Source: Octopus bimaculoides
Lineage: Eukaryota
Length of the DNA: 57,727 nt
Direction: 5' to 3'
Assembly (NCBI RefSeq): GCF_001194135.2
Contig: NC_068990.1
Span: 6,036,572 to 6,094,298 of the forward strand
The position numbers were made by a program, and so were the translations under genes. The stretch's first letter is position 1. The number at the start of each line of letters is the position of its first letter. The notes below the pieces were generated by a model that saw only the letters and a program-made list of their open reading frames with translations, was not told the DNA's origin and made no database searches. This document shows, in pieces, positions 24,306 through 35,705 of the stretch.

Positions 24306-25206
24306 ATTATTTTTTTATTATTATTATATACAACCACTCGCACACACAAAAAAGAGAGAGAGGGGGGGAGAAAAAAAGAAAGAAAGAAAGAGAGGGTTTG
24401 CGTGTGTGTGTGTGTGTGTGTGGAGGGAGGGAGAGGGAGGCGGTGAGATAGTGAATAAAGTTTCTCTCGATGGTTTACGAAGTATACTATGTTCTTGTTT
24501 CTTTTCGCCATTGAGCTGATCTTTGATCAAAGATATTCTAAACGACATTATTCAATAAGCCCTTCGTTTTTAAGATAGCAATATCTAATATAAAGACAAT
24601 CTTGCTGCTATTTCTTGCACGATAAGCAACCGAACAGAAGCCTCTCGCTGATTTGTAATGTTCGTCGGGTGTATTGTGAAGTTTGGAGTGGTACTTGAAG
24701 TGATTCTAATATATTCATATTTCATTTGGATTGTTAGTTTATGCTTCTCATGCTAAAACTCATTTGAATATTGCTATATTTCGATAGTAACTGTAGCCAT
24801 AGTCAGTTGTAGCCAGTAGGGCTAAGGAATGCAAAATAAACATCAAACAGTTTGCAATATAAATAGAATATTAGATTTTTAGCTCTCAGGCATAAACTAT
24901 CATTCTCTTGAAGCATGAATAGAATGAATAAATGGAAATATGGAAAAACTTACACCACTTAAAGAGACACACATATGCACAAACTCACATACACGCACGC
25001 ATATATACTCATACACACCGCATACATATACACACAACACAAACTAGAAGTGTTTTTCAGAACGTGATTTTAATATTTCATATACGTGTTTATATGAATA
25101 TATGTATATGTATAGATATATATACAAGTATATAAAGATACATAGATGTGCATATATATATATAATAAACGCATTTCCTTCAACGTGCCGTACTGAATGC
25201 GCGGCT

Positions 25207-25367
25207 ATTCTTTTACTTGTTTCAGTCATTTGACTGCGGCCATGCTACCCCACAACTTGTTCTTTGTAATCCTAGTACTTATTCTATCGGGCTCTTTTGC
25301 CGAACCGCTAAGTTATGAGGACGTAACCCCACCAACATCGGTTGTTAAGCGAAGTATGGGGGGACAA

Positions 25368-25412
<45 letters not shown>

Positions 25413-25576
25413 CGACGGGCTTCTTTTAGTTTCCATTTACCAAATCCACTCACAAGGCTTTGGTCGGCCCGAGGCTATAGTACAAGACACTTGCTTAGGG
25501 TGCCACGTGGTGGGACTGAACTCAGAACCATGTGGCTGGTAAGCTAGCTATTTACCACACAGCCACTTCTGCGCCT
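25207..25576 (-). mobile_element. SINE family B, full length
   Basis: Colinear with 16325-16826; internal (CA)(TA) microsatellite. Confidence 0.9.
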
Positions 25577-25589
25577 ATGTTCTAAAAAA

Positions 25590-26510
25590 TGTTTATAACA
25601 TATTCTTGTATCTTCGTGTTATAATTCATTCTTACAAACGCGACATGTGTATGTTGTTTGCTAAATGTAGCCTTGTGAAGCGATATAATTATTGCTTCCA
25701 GACAATCGTCTGTTTCTTTTAGGAATTCAATAAAATATGGAAGTAATTGCTATTAATGTTTTCCTATCTAGCTTTGTTTTATGGTGTGTTCTTTGTTTTG
25801 AAACGTTTTTAAATGCCAGTGCATCAGTTGTAATTATGAATTTTGTAACGTTCTCTTTTACAGTCAAATTTGTAAATAAAATAGGCCATTCTTAGTTTGC
25901 TCTGACTTTTACATACCTGTCGGGAATTGTCAATAAGTAGCTTGTTTGTTTTTTTTAATCCTATTGTCTTGTAATATATTACTAATGTCATAATAGGATA
26001 CATTATGCGGTTTATTCTACGTGGTTTTTGATTATGTGTTCGTCACTTCTATACCTGGTATGCTTTTAATTTATGTAATGCACTTTTTGTGTCATTAAAT
26101 AACGCACTGTCTAATGTATTTATTACATTATGTTTCTGCCTATACTCATTAGATGTTTGGTCTACTAGTCGATTTGAAAATCTGTTGTTAGTACTGTTTT
26201 ATTCTGTGGATTTCTTTATCTAGTGCTGCATCGGTGAGAAATAATCTAAATGCTCTCGTAAGTGGTGATTTTACCACAGGTATTTCGTACTTTTATAAGC
26301 ATTCACTAAATCAGTGTACGTTAAGCATTAGTTTGTGTTTTTCGTATCAGCTGATGTTATGTATGTACTGTTTTTATCTGAATATTTACGTCTAAAAAGG
26401 AAGAAGTTTTAGTATTTTTTAATGTTAAATTATAGTAACTAATTATTCTCTAAATCCTCATTTAATTTCTCAGCTACTAAAACTTGGAAAATTTGGGGAA
26501 TAAAAACATT
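25590..26510 (-). pseudogene. Penelope-like element: RT C-terminus plus GIY-YIG remnant
   Basis: LPFLDVNI, LTRAFRL...LDKEIHRIKQ, NNRFSNRLVDQ, FIYKFDC, LEAIIISLHKATFSKQ across frameshifts. Confidence 0.75.
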
Positions 26511-26569
26511 AAAACATTGATGATAAACTTCAAGACTTATTTTATGATGAGTGCAATAAAAATAAATAC

Positions 26570-27350
26570 TGACAAAAGTGTAACCAAATACTCATGAGGA
26601 GACTCAAGTAAACCGTATACGACTTTCACCATAATGACCACGTAATAATGTACACAGTCTGTTCGGAGACAGGCAATGCACAAATCAACAATTAAAGTCA
26701 AAAACAAGTTTACAAAGATTTAAATGATAACACCAAGTAATTAGAAATCAAATTAAGTAAAATATTTACAATAAATAGGAACATCATACTTTCCCAACAT
26801 TGAAGAAGAATTCGTATCATTACATATATATATATATTACAATGAAAATACATAAATATACCAACCCCACTCCGACATATAATATCCTGAATAAATACAT
26901 TTACACATAAATCGCTAAACAAATATAACTCAGTATCGAAACAGACACATTGGAGAATTGCAGTATCAGGTCATCAGAAGAATACCTAGATGTTTTCAGA
27001 AGAAGCAAACGAAATAGGTGCCGCTTCTAGCCTACAGGATGAAATACTTTTCACTAATGACCCAGTAACAGAAACGATCACAATTAGATAATCTATACAA
27101 AGATTCAGAAATAAAGACACCTAACGAAAAACTGCTAGTAACCTGTGAAACGGAAGTGCCATTTTTACAGTCCACAAACCAAGCCATATAAACAGAAGAT
27201 GGAGTAACAATTGGTTCTACCCTAGGTCCCATGTTCGTCAAATTCTACCTAGCAACAATAGAAAGCAGAATAATATATTTATAATATATACTAGTTGTAA
27301 TGACCACATCAAAACAGTTGAGAAATAAAAGAACCTAGAGAACAAATCAA
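26570..27350 (+). pseudogene. Penelope-like element: N-terminal/central RT remnant, opposite orientation to 25590-26510
   Basis: LFTNDPVTETI and EDGVTIGSTLGPMFVKFYLATIES correspond to PLE SLFTNVPV.ETI and QxDGVAMGSPLGP motifs. Confidence 0.8.
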
Positions 27351-27384
27351 TGACAAGGCTACCATTAAATCACTCGTATAATTT

Positions 27385-27560
27385 ATCCTACAGGCTTCCA
27401 AACAGTTTCCATCTAACCAATTTCGTTCACAAAGCTTGGATTCACCTGAGGCGATGTTGAAAGAAGGTTGCCTAACATAACTGGCAGTAGTGGGATTGAC
27501 ACCGCGACTTCGTGATTGCAAAGTGAACTTGTTATCAATTTCGCTATGCTGCGGCCAAGG
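27385..27560 (-). mobile_element. Old SINE B-related head fragment
   Basis: Reverse complement contains GATGGAAACTGT..GGAAGCC.GT and a tRNA-like head. Confidence 0.5.
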
Positions 27561-28481
27561 GTTTATTAAATCATGGCTTACTCGGATTAAGCAGGAGCAA
27601 TAAAGTACAGTTAGCTACAAAGCAGATTCACCTGTTAACTTTTAAGAGTCTCGCCACCGACAAACAAGCACAGCAAGGTGACATTGCCGCCAGCAAAAAT
27701 GAACCAATACCCTCTTAATGGTTTTCTAGTATCCTATCAGCTCGGCAACATACACTCAAATTCCATTGAATCAATTGTATATTTTACTTCTGAAATTCTA
27801 TTATTCGCTTTGTGTTTGTAACTATAGACATATGAAACTGTAAATGGTTTTGCAAGAAAACAACTCCTGATGACTAATTACCTACTCCTCGAACGAACAT
27901 ATTTATTCTAACATATTCAGAACATATTCAGTGTTTATTTTAGGCAAAAAAATAAATGTGTATTTTCTTCTTCTCCATTCTTAAAGCGGACAATAAAATC
28001 TGATACTTCAAAATCAATTGAAACAAATATGCCATTTCGTATCACTTCTCTATATTGAATCCACTGACATCATAGTTTCGTCAATTTCATAGTTTTCATC
28101 TTAATGTACTCCTTTGAAATATAATAATAAACAGTAAAGTATTCATTCCAGGACTTCTGTTAGAATAACATGTCCATTGAAACCATTTTACTATGATAAT
28201 TTTCTCCACAAACAACTTCCACGACAAAACAATGTAAGAGCTTCAGTGTTGTCGCTCGACATGTGATATTTAAATTGAGGAGAGCGATGTGGGTGGTCAA
28301 ATCTCTCTCAATTTAAATCGTTTTTCCTTCAAAAATTATAAACTGGATAGTGTTATCCAAAGTACAGTAATATATTTGACAAAATAAGTTGAGTCGGATG
28401 GAAGAAATACGTTTGAGTATAGGTCTGACTCGATCAGCACTAATCTGGTGCGATTAGCAACGACAGTAACAACGCTTTCAA

Positions 28482-29000
28482 AGCTGGCAGAAACGTTAGC
28501 ACGCCGGACGAAATGCTGAGCGGTATTTCGTCTGCCACTGCGTTCTGAGTTCAAATTCCGCCGCGGTCGACTTTGCCTTTCATCCTTTCGGGGTCGATAA
28601 ATTAAGTACCAGTTACGTACTGGGGTCGATATAATCGACTTAATCCGTTTGTCTGTCCTTGTTTGTCCCCTCTGTGTGTAGCCCCTTGTGGACAGTAAAG
28701 AAATAGGTATTTCAAATACCGTCGAGGTTGACTTTGCCTTTCATCTTTTCGGGGTCGATAAATTTAGCACCAGTTACGTACTGGGGTCGATATAATCGAC
28801 TTAATCCGTTCGTCTGTTCTTGTTTGTTCCCTCCATGTTTAGCCCCTTGTGGGCAATAACGAAATAGGTATTTCAAATACCGTCGAGGTTGACTTTGCCT
28901 TTCATCTTTTCGGGGTCGATAAATTAAGCACCAGTTCGGTACTGGGGTCGATCGAATTTACTGGCCCCTCCCTAAAACTTTCGGTCCAGAGTAGAAAAAG
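28482..29000 (+). mobile_element. SINE A trimer: one full copy plus two tandem 3'-half copies, ~161-bp period
   Basis: AAATAGGTATTTCAAATACCGTCGAGG junction repeated at 28701 and 28862. Confidence 0.92.
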
Positions 29001-30446
29001 AATAACAACGTTTTCAGTAGTATCACTAAAGCGAGATATTAGAGAAACTATTAATGATATTATTGCTAAAAGGAGCAGAAACATCGCTCGGAAAGCGATG
29101 TATTTATGTAATACATACTAAAAGGAAAAGTGGAACTCAGTACTTGAGAATATATACTTCTTTACATAATCGGTAGAAATACAAAAATGACTCGAGGGCC
29201 GATAGTTTCGGTCGGCACTTTCATAAATTCCACGTAACAAACTATCGCCCGCTCATTACATCAAAAAATCATCAAAGAAGATATACGTCCAAAATAATAT
29301 TGTATTAATAGATTGATGTATAAATATATAAAGTATGATTATTTAAAATGCTTAAAAATCTAAAATATCTTACGATCGTTTAATTCATTGGTTTTCTGAA
29401 GCAGAGATAATAAATAGGTGTCTTTAGAAGGGATAGATATATCTTAAAGTGAAATTCCGAGATATTGTTTTTCCATGCTTAATGAATCCAGTATTAAGTG
29501 CTCTTTTTATAGAGAGAACTCAATATATATCGTTAATCAAATATATTCAATGAGAATACAATATACTGAATTTCTAATAAGCGCTCTTGGTAGGGAAATG
29601 TCTAAAACATTAAACGTATTTAGACATTCAATAAGACAGGAAAAGAAGCTACGAGTGTAATTTGTGCCTAGTACATGGCGTGCAAAATATTATAGAAAAA
29701 AGAAATCATTACAATTATGTGTGTGTGTGTGTGTNNNNNNNNNNNNNNNNNNNNNNNNNNNNNNNNNNNNNNNNNNNNNNNNNNNNNNNNNNNNNNNNNN
29801 NNNNNNNNNNNNNNNNNNNNNNNNNNNNNNNNNNNNNNNNNNNNNNNNNNNNNNNNNNNNNNNNNNNNNNNNNNNNNNNNNNNNNNNNNNNNNNNNNNNN
29901 NNNNNNNNNNNNNNNNNNNNNNNNNNNNNNNNNNNNNNNNNNNNNNNNNNNNNNNNNNNNNNNNNNNNNNNNNNNNNNNNNNNNNNNNNNNNNNNNNNNN
30001 NNNNNNNNNNNNNNNNNNNNNNNNNNNNNNNNNNNNNNNNNNNNNNNNNNNNNNNNNNNNNNNNNNNNNNNNNNNNNNNNNNNNNNNNNNNNNNNNNNNN
30101 NNNNNNNNNNNNNNNNNNNNNNNNNNNNNNNNNNNNNNNNNNNNNNNNNNNNNNNNNNNNNNNNNNNNNNNNNNNNNNNNNNNNNNNNNNNNNNNNNNNN
30201 NNNNNNNNNNNNNNNNNNNNNNNNNNNNNNNNNNNNNNNNNNNNNNNNNNNNNNNNNNNNNNNNNNNNNNNNNNNNNNNNNNNNNNNNNNNNNNNNNNNN
30301 NNNNNNNNNNNNNNNNNNNNNNNNNNNNNNNNNNNNNNNNNNNNNNNNNNNNNNNNNNNNNNNNNNNNNNNNNNNNNNNNNNNNNNNNNNNNNNNNNNNN
30401 NNNNNNNNNNNNNNNNNNNNNNATATATACATGTATATATACAAAC

Positions 30447-30479
<33 letters not shown>

Positions 30480-30495
<16 letters not shown>

Positions 30496-30713
30496 CGTGT
30501 GTTTTGTGATTTGTGTTTGTCCTCTACAACCACTTGTTGACCGGTGTTGATTTGTGTTTGTGACTCCGTTATCTAGCGGCTCGACAAAAGAGGCCAACAG
30601 AATGAAAATTAGGCTAAAAACAAACGTACTGCGGACGATTTGCTCGACTGACCCCTTCAGTGCTGTGACCCAGCATGGCCACAGTCCAATGACTGACGCA
30701 AGTAAAAGATAAA
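30480..30713 (+). mobile_element. SINE B 3' part
   Basis: CTTGTTGACCGGTG...CCAGCATGGCCACAGTCCAATGACTGA..CAAGTAAAAGA. Confidence 0.75.
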
Positions 30714-30729
30714 AGACAGACAGACAGAC

Positions 30730-30795
<66 letters not shown>

Positions 30796-31124
30796 TGACA
30801 CAGAAATCAAACTGCGAATTGCAATCATCCAACTTGATTGATAACATTGAATTACAATAGAAAAGATCGACTGGTGCTATTGCATAGCTGAAAGGGAATG
30901 GCAATTGAAATAACTGATAAGTGAAAATATTTAGAAGGGTCTATCCTAGAAAATGAAAGAAAAATGGTGAGAGAACTGAAACGGATTGCCTAAAGAGACG
31001 AAATTATGTATTTATGCGAAAGAAATCGAAATTGATCAATAGAATTGGTAGACCGTATATATGAAAAAAATGTAATTAATAATTATAGTAACAGCAGAAT
31101 TGGGAACATTATTAATACTGGTTT

Positions 31125-31328
31125 CAAATTTTGGCACAAAACCAGCAATTTTGGTGGAGTGGTTAGTCGATTATATCGATCCCAGCACTCAACGTGTACT
31201 CATTTTATCGACCCCGAAAGGATGAAAGGCAAGATCGACTTCGGCGGAATTTGAACTCAGAACGTGAAGGCGGGCGAAAAACCGCGAAGCATTTTGCGTA
31301 GCATGCTAACGAATCTGCCAGCTCACCG
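31125..31328 (-). mobile_element. SINE A
   Basis: Reverse complement of head and central block (CGACCCCGAAAGGATGAAAGGCAA.ATCGACTTCGGCGGAATTTGAACTCAGAAC). Confidence 0.88.
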
Positions 31329-31339
31329 CTCTGATCATT

Positions 31340-31769
31340 ATTGATGTCTGATGCTGTTTTCGAAAATAGTCTCCTTAGAATGTATGGCGCTTTGCTTCGG
31401 AGTAAAGAATACGGCTTTTCCGACCGGAAATTACGTCAGTTACACATGCATAGAAAGACTGCGTTATTTTGAAAACTAGAGTATTACGCAGTGACATGTG
31501 GGTTTTTCTCAGGTTTTTCTCAGACATGTAGGCTTTTCCCGAGTGGTTACCATTTTTAGCATCACAAGTTGCCCGTAAAGTGGGCATCGTATTCGACTGG
31601 TTTGTACGTTTGGCATTGCGCGACCGTGTTTGAGGGAAAGTAAATAAGTAGGCCGCATGAGACATGGCTCACCATCAAGCGAGCTGCATTACTGAAAAGA
31701 AAAACCTGGAAATGGTTCGTTAGACGTGCTATTCAGAAATTCCCGCGGGCCGCAAGTTGCCCATGACTG
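31340..31769. mobile_element. hAT-type element end, one TIR visible
   Basis: CCCGCGGGCCGCAAGTTGCCCATGACTG is a hAT-like terminus; the partner TIR was not found. Confidence 0.5.
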
Positions 31770-31824
31770 TTATTGAGATTCCCATGCTGACTGTGGTTTG
31801 TGTATGTATATATATGTGCATGTA

Positions 31825-32016
31825 TATATGTGTGCATGTGTTGCTTGACAACCGATGCTGATGTGTTTACGTCCCCGTAACTTAGCGGTTCGGCAAAAAG
31901 AGACCGATAGAATAAGTACCAGGCTTACAAAGAATAAGTCCTGGGGTTGATTTTCTCGACTAAAGGCGGTGCTCCAGTATGGCCGCAGTCAAATGACTGA
32001 AGCAAGTAAAAGAGTA
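31825..32016 (+). mobile_element. SINE B 3' half
   Basis: CTTGACAACCGATG...GTCCCCGTAACTTAGCGGTTCGGCAAAA...GGCGGTGCTCCAGTATGGCCGCAGTCAAATGACTGAAGCAAGTAAAAGAGTA. Confidence 0.9.
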
Positions 32017-32021
32017 AAAGA

Positions 32022-32073
<52 letters not shown>

Positions 32074-32545
32074 TTGTATGTATGTATGTATGTATGTATG
32101 TATGTATACATCTATATATGTTCAAACAATCCGTATTATTGTTTTATATATATATAGAGAGGTGGGGTTGTGTTCGGTGTATATGTTGGGTTTTCTTAAT
32201 GTGTGCATAGTATATTCATATATTGATTAATGTTTGAGTAAAAATGTCTATGTTCCTATTGGGGGTGATAGGGGTCTTGGTGATGCTCTTGGTAGAGGTG
32301 ATGATGATGGCAGGATCTTATCGGTTGTAATAGTGGTTTGCGGTGGTCATGGTGGTGGTGGTCTTAATGGGGATAGAGGGAGGGTTCTTATTGAGTAGAC
32401 CTATGATGAAAGGGTCTGCAGTCATGCTATACTTTCACTTTCTATATCAGGGACACTAACGGCAAATGTGTCGTTTCCTTTCTTTTTAAGACATTAGTGT
32501 GATTTATCAGAAGTTTTGTGCATGAGTTTTTAAAATGTACTTGCG

Positions 32546-32657
<112 letters not shown>

Positions 32658-32905
32658 AGAGAAGTCAAAGTTGATGCAGAAAGAGTAGGCAATGATTTCA
32701 TTGGCTGAATTATATGAAATGCGCTTGGTCAAATATAACTGTTAATTAATGCGACACTGTACCCGGTTTTATTTCACTATTCGCGCTGTCAATCAAACAG
32801 AAATCTGGACAGCACAATAATACGGATTGTTTGAACATATATAAATGTATATGTTTATATATGTAAATGTATCTTTATACATATACATACATATATATAT
32901 ATATA

Positions 32906-32971
<66 letters not shown>

Positions 32972-33840
32972 CATATATGTGTGTGTGTGTATGCATATAT
33001 GTGTGTGCGTGTGTGTATCTATATATATATATATATATATATATACAGACAATCACTACGTGTTGTCTGTCTGTATATGTAAGTATCTATGCCTATAGAC
33101 ATGTGTGAATGTGTATTCGTACGTGTGTCTATGCATGTGTGTATACATATGTATATTAGTAAATGTTATATAAACGTATATGTATATATATATATTTATG
33201 CATCTATGTGTCTATTTGCTTATATATGACTCTCTGTGTGTCTGTCTGTCTGAATGCGCGGCATATGGTGTGTGTTTGTGTGAGTGTGTGTGCGCGGGCG
33301 TGTGTGCGTGTGTGCGTGTGTGCGCGCGAGTATGTGGAGTGCGTGTGCGGTGTGTGTGCGAGTGTGTGTGTGTGCGTGCTAATCATTGAACTCTAGATAA
33401 TTTGGCAAATGATGTCTATTCTTTGGCCAGAACGACCAATATCTGTAAAAATATCTTGACTGTAATAACTCATTCATTACACTAGAAGAATATTTACAGA
33501 GTCAGTAGACCAAAAACTTTCTGTCTCCTATCACTTTTCATCATTCCACACCATTCCACCACTATCCAAGAATAACTTGTCACATTTAATTTTTCCGACC
33601 ATAGCTTAGTGAAATAATAATGAATCTTAGTAGTTTGTTAGGTGTATATGACTGATAGAAAAACATTCAGACCAGTAATTTTTATTCTCGATCATGTGCA
33701 TATACATTCTTAACACGTTCAAGCAGATTTGAACATAAATATGCAAATATTTGTTGTATTTCACCTTCGGAGAGTGACTTCCCCCTACAGACGAGGTGTG
33801 TTGACAAACAACTCTGTTCAGTTGCGTTGCGGGGTGGGCA

Positions 33841-33885
33841 CTTTGAGACATCAGCGTTTCAATTAATGTCTCTCTTCAGTCAAAG
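33841..33885 (-). ncRNA. Compact type I hammerhead ribozyme motif, 45 nt
   Basis: cuuuga-CUGAAGA-gagacauuaauu-GAAAC-gcugau-GUC-ucaaag; perfect 6-bp stem I, all core boxes intact, stem II weak. Confidence 0.65.
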
Positions 33886-34094
33886 CTACCCGCCCTCAGA
33901 TTTCTTGTCTATAGAATTCAGTAAATGAATTATTTGCCGATGCATAGAAATGTCTGCTAAATCGATCTTAAGTTATCATGAGCGCATATAATAGCGAGAA
34001 CCAAAACGATTATTTAATGATCTATAGATTCATTCTTAACCAGTTCTAGTAAATTTGAACGTGACTATGTTAATCGTTTGCCCTGTCTGTTCTA

Positions 34095-34960
34095 TTAGGT
34101 CGTCAGGTATGAAATTTGTAGAAAAGAAAAGAAAGTTTGCTAATGTTTTATAAATACAAGGAATATTTTTATTCATCAAAGTATGCACCCATATTCTCAA
34201 TACACTTTTACCGTTTAAGCAGTATCTTGTCAAGCTCGGAACTGTAAAATCCTGGCAATCAAGAGTCAATAAAATCTTGGAAGGCCTGGTTTACAGCATC
34301 GTCGAAATTAAATGTTTTTCTTATCAAAAAGTTATCCAAATTCTGGAAGAAGTGGTAGCCAGTGGGGGCGAGATCAGGTGAGTATGGTGGATGATGGAGA
34401 ACTTCCAACTCCAACTCCTGTAGTTTCGTCAATGTCATTCTTGTGATGTGTGGTCTGCCGTTGTCTTGCAATAAAATAGGAGTGGATCTATTGACTAATC
34501 TAGGCTGTATTTTGTAAGTTTCTTCATCATTTAGTCCAGTTGGCTGCTGCATACTTCGGCCGTGATTGATCAGCCAGGTTTAATGAAATCATAATAGATC
34601 ACACCTGCGCCAGAACACCAAACACACACCATCAGCTTCTTTTGGTGAATTTTGCTTTTTGGACTGTGTTTTGGTGGCTCGTCTTTGTCCAACCATCGTG
34701 CTGAACGCTTACGGTTGTTGTATTGGATCCATTTCTCAATTCCATTCAAAAATGATTCATTTTGGTGACGAGAAAGTAGCATAATGCAGGCTTCCAAACT
34801 TTGCTGCTTCTGATTTTCATTGAGTCCCTGTGGAACCCACCTATCCAACTTTTTCCCTTTACCAATTTGAACTAGGTGAGTCAATAGTGTTTGCTTGCTA
34901 ACACCAAACAACAACGATAATTCACGGGCACTTTGAGAGGGATCTGATGCGACTGAGATA
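34095..34960 (-). pseudogene. mariner transposase fragment with its 3' TIR
   Basis: WVP..L, DEKW-equivalent EKWIQYNN, KKLMVCVW, LLQDNGRPH, HPPYSPDLAPT.YHFF; TA plus TTAGGTCGTCAGGTATGAAAT at 34093-34115. Confidence 0.92.
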
Positions 34961-35254
34961 GTGGGATGTAATTTGACAGAGAGATTTTGCGGTTAACAGA
35001 AATCTAGAAATAGCAATGAGGTTCTCTCGATCACTTAGCGATGTTTGATTGCAATAATCTCAGAAAAAAATTCAAAATAAAAAAGAATGCTTTCTAAATT
35101 TGACACTCGAAATCACATCATTTGGACATGACTTATTGTTATTTCGTATTTCCTTTGAAGACTCTAAAGAAATGAAAGATTAAATCAACAACATCAGACT
35201 CTAGAATCTATAACGCAAAGGTTCCTGATAAAACAAGAACAAAAAAGTTCTTAC

Positions 35255-35294
35255 TTAAATTGTGAAAGATGTTTTGTCTGAGGTTTTATTATTT
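35255..35294 (-). CDS. Candidate host-gene exon, 40 nt, phase 1/2: IIKPQTKHLSQF
   Basis: Acceptor cttgtatttgtag, donor gtaaga; only one frame is open. Confidence 0.35.
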
Positions 35295-35479
35295 CTACAA
35301 ATACAAGTTCCAGTCCTTGTTGCAGTGTAATGGTTTGTATGCTCTCAATAACAATGAGAGCTATGCCAGCAGAGCACAAGCTCGTGCTGGGGTCTTCAAC
35401 GCTGGACAGGTTAAAGGATGGGGGGGGGGGGCCATACTAATATGGACCATCTCTTCACAGAAGTAAAAATGGATTTGCG

Positions 35480-35705
35480 ATAGGGTCAAAAATCTTACTT
35501 AAAAGAAAAGCAAATTTACAAAAGCATCGATGACAATTCAAAATCAACACGATGAGGAAGGAATGCCTTCAGTGAATGAAACATGATGTGGTGGGCTGAA
35601 AATGCAAGCATCCAACTGGGAAGAAACAGAAAAGGCAGCCCAGTATCGAGAACAGTGAAGAAAAGTCCTCGGTGGCTCATTACAAAGGGCTTGAGTAAAA
35701 AGTAC
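35480..35705 (+). mobile_element. RTE-like LINE extreme 3' fragment
   Basis: LKMQASNWEETEKAAQYREQ*RKVL resembles the RTE C-terminal W.E.E..AQDR..WR. Confidence 0.55.

Noticed and set aside
28265-28319. 17-bp-arm hairpin; a similar 12-bp-arm hairpin at 29196-29250
   Set aside because: Short, probably repeat remnants; nothing supports a function.
34259-34914. SETMAR-like gene
   Set aside because: Only a frameshifted mariner transposase fragment with a TIR; no SET domain.
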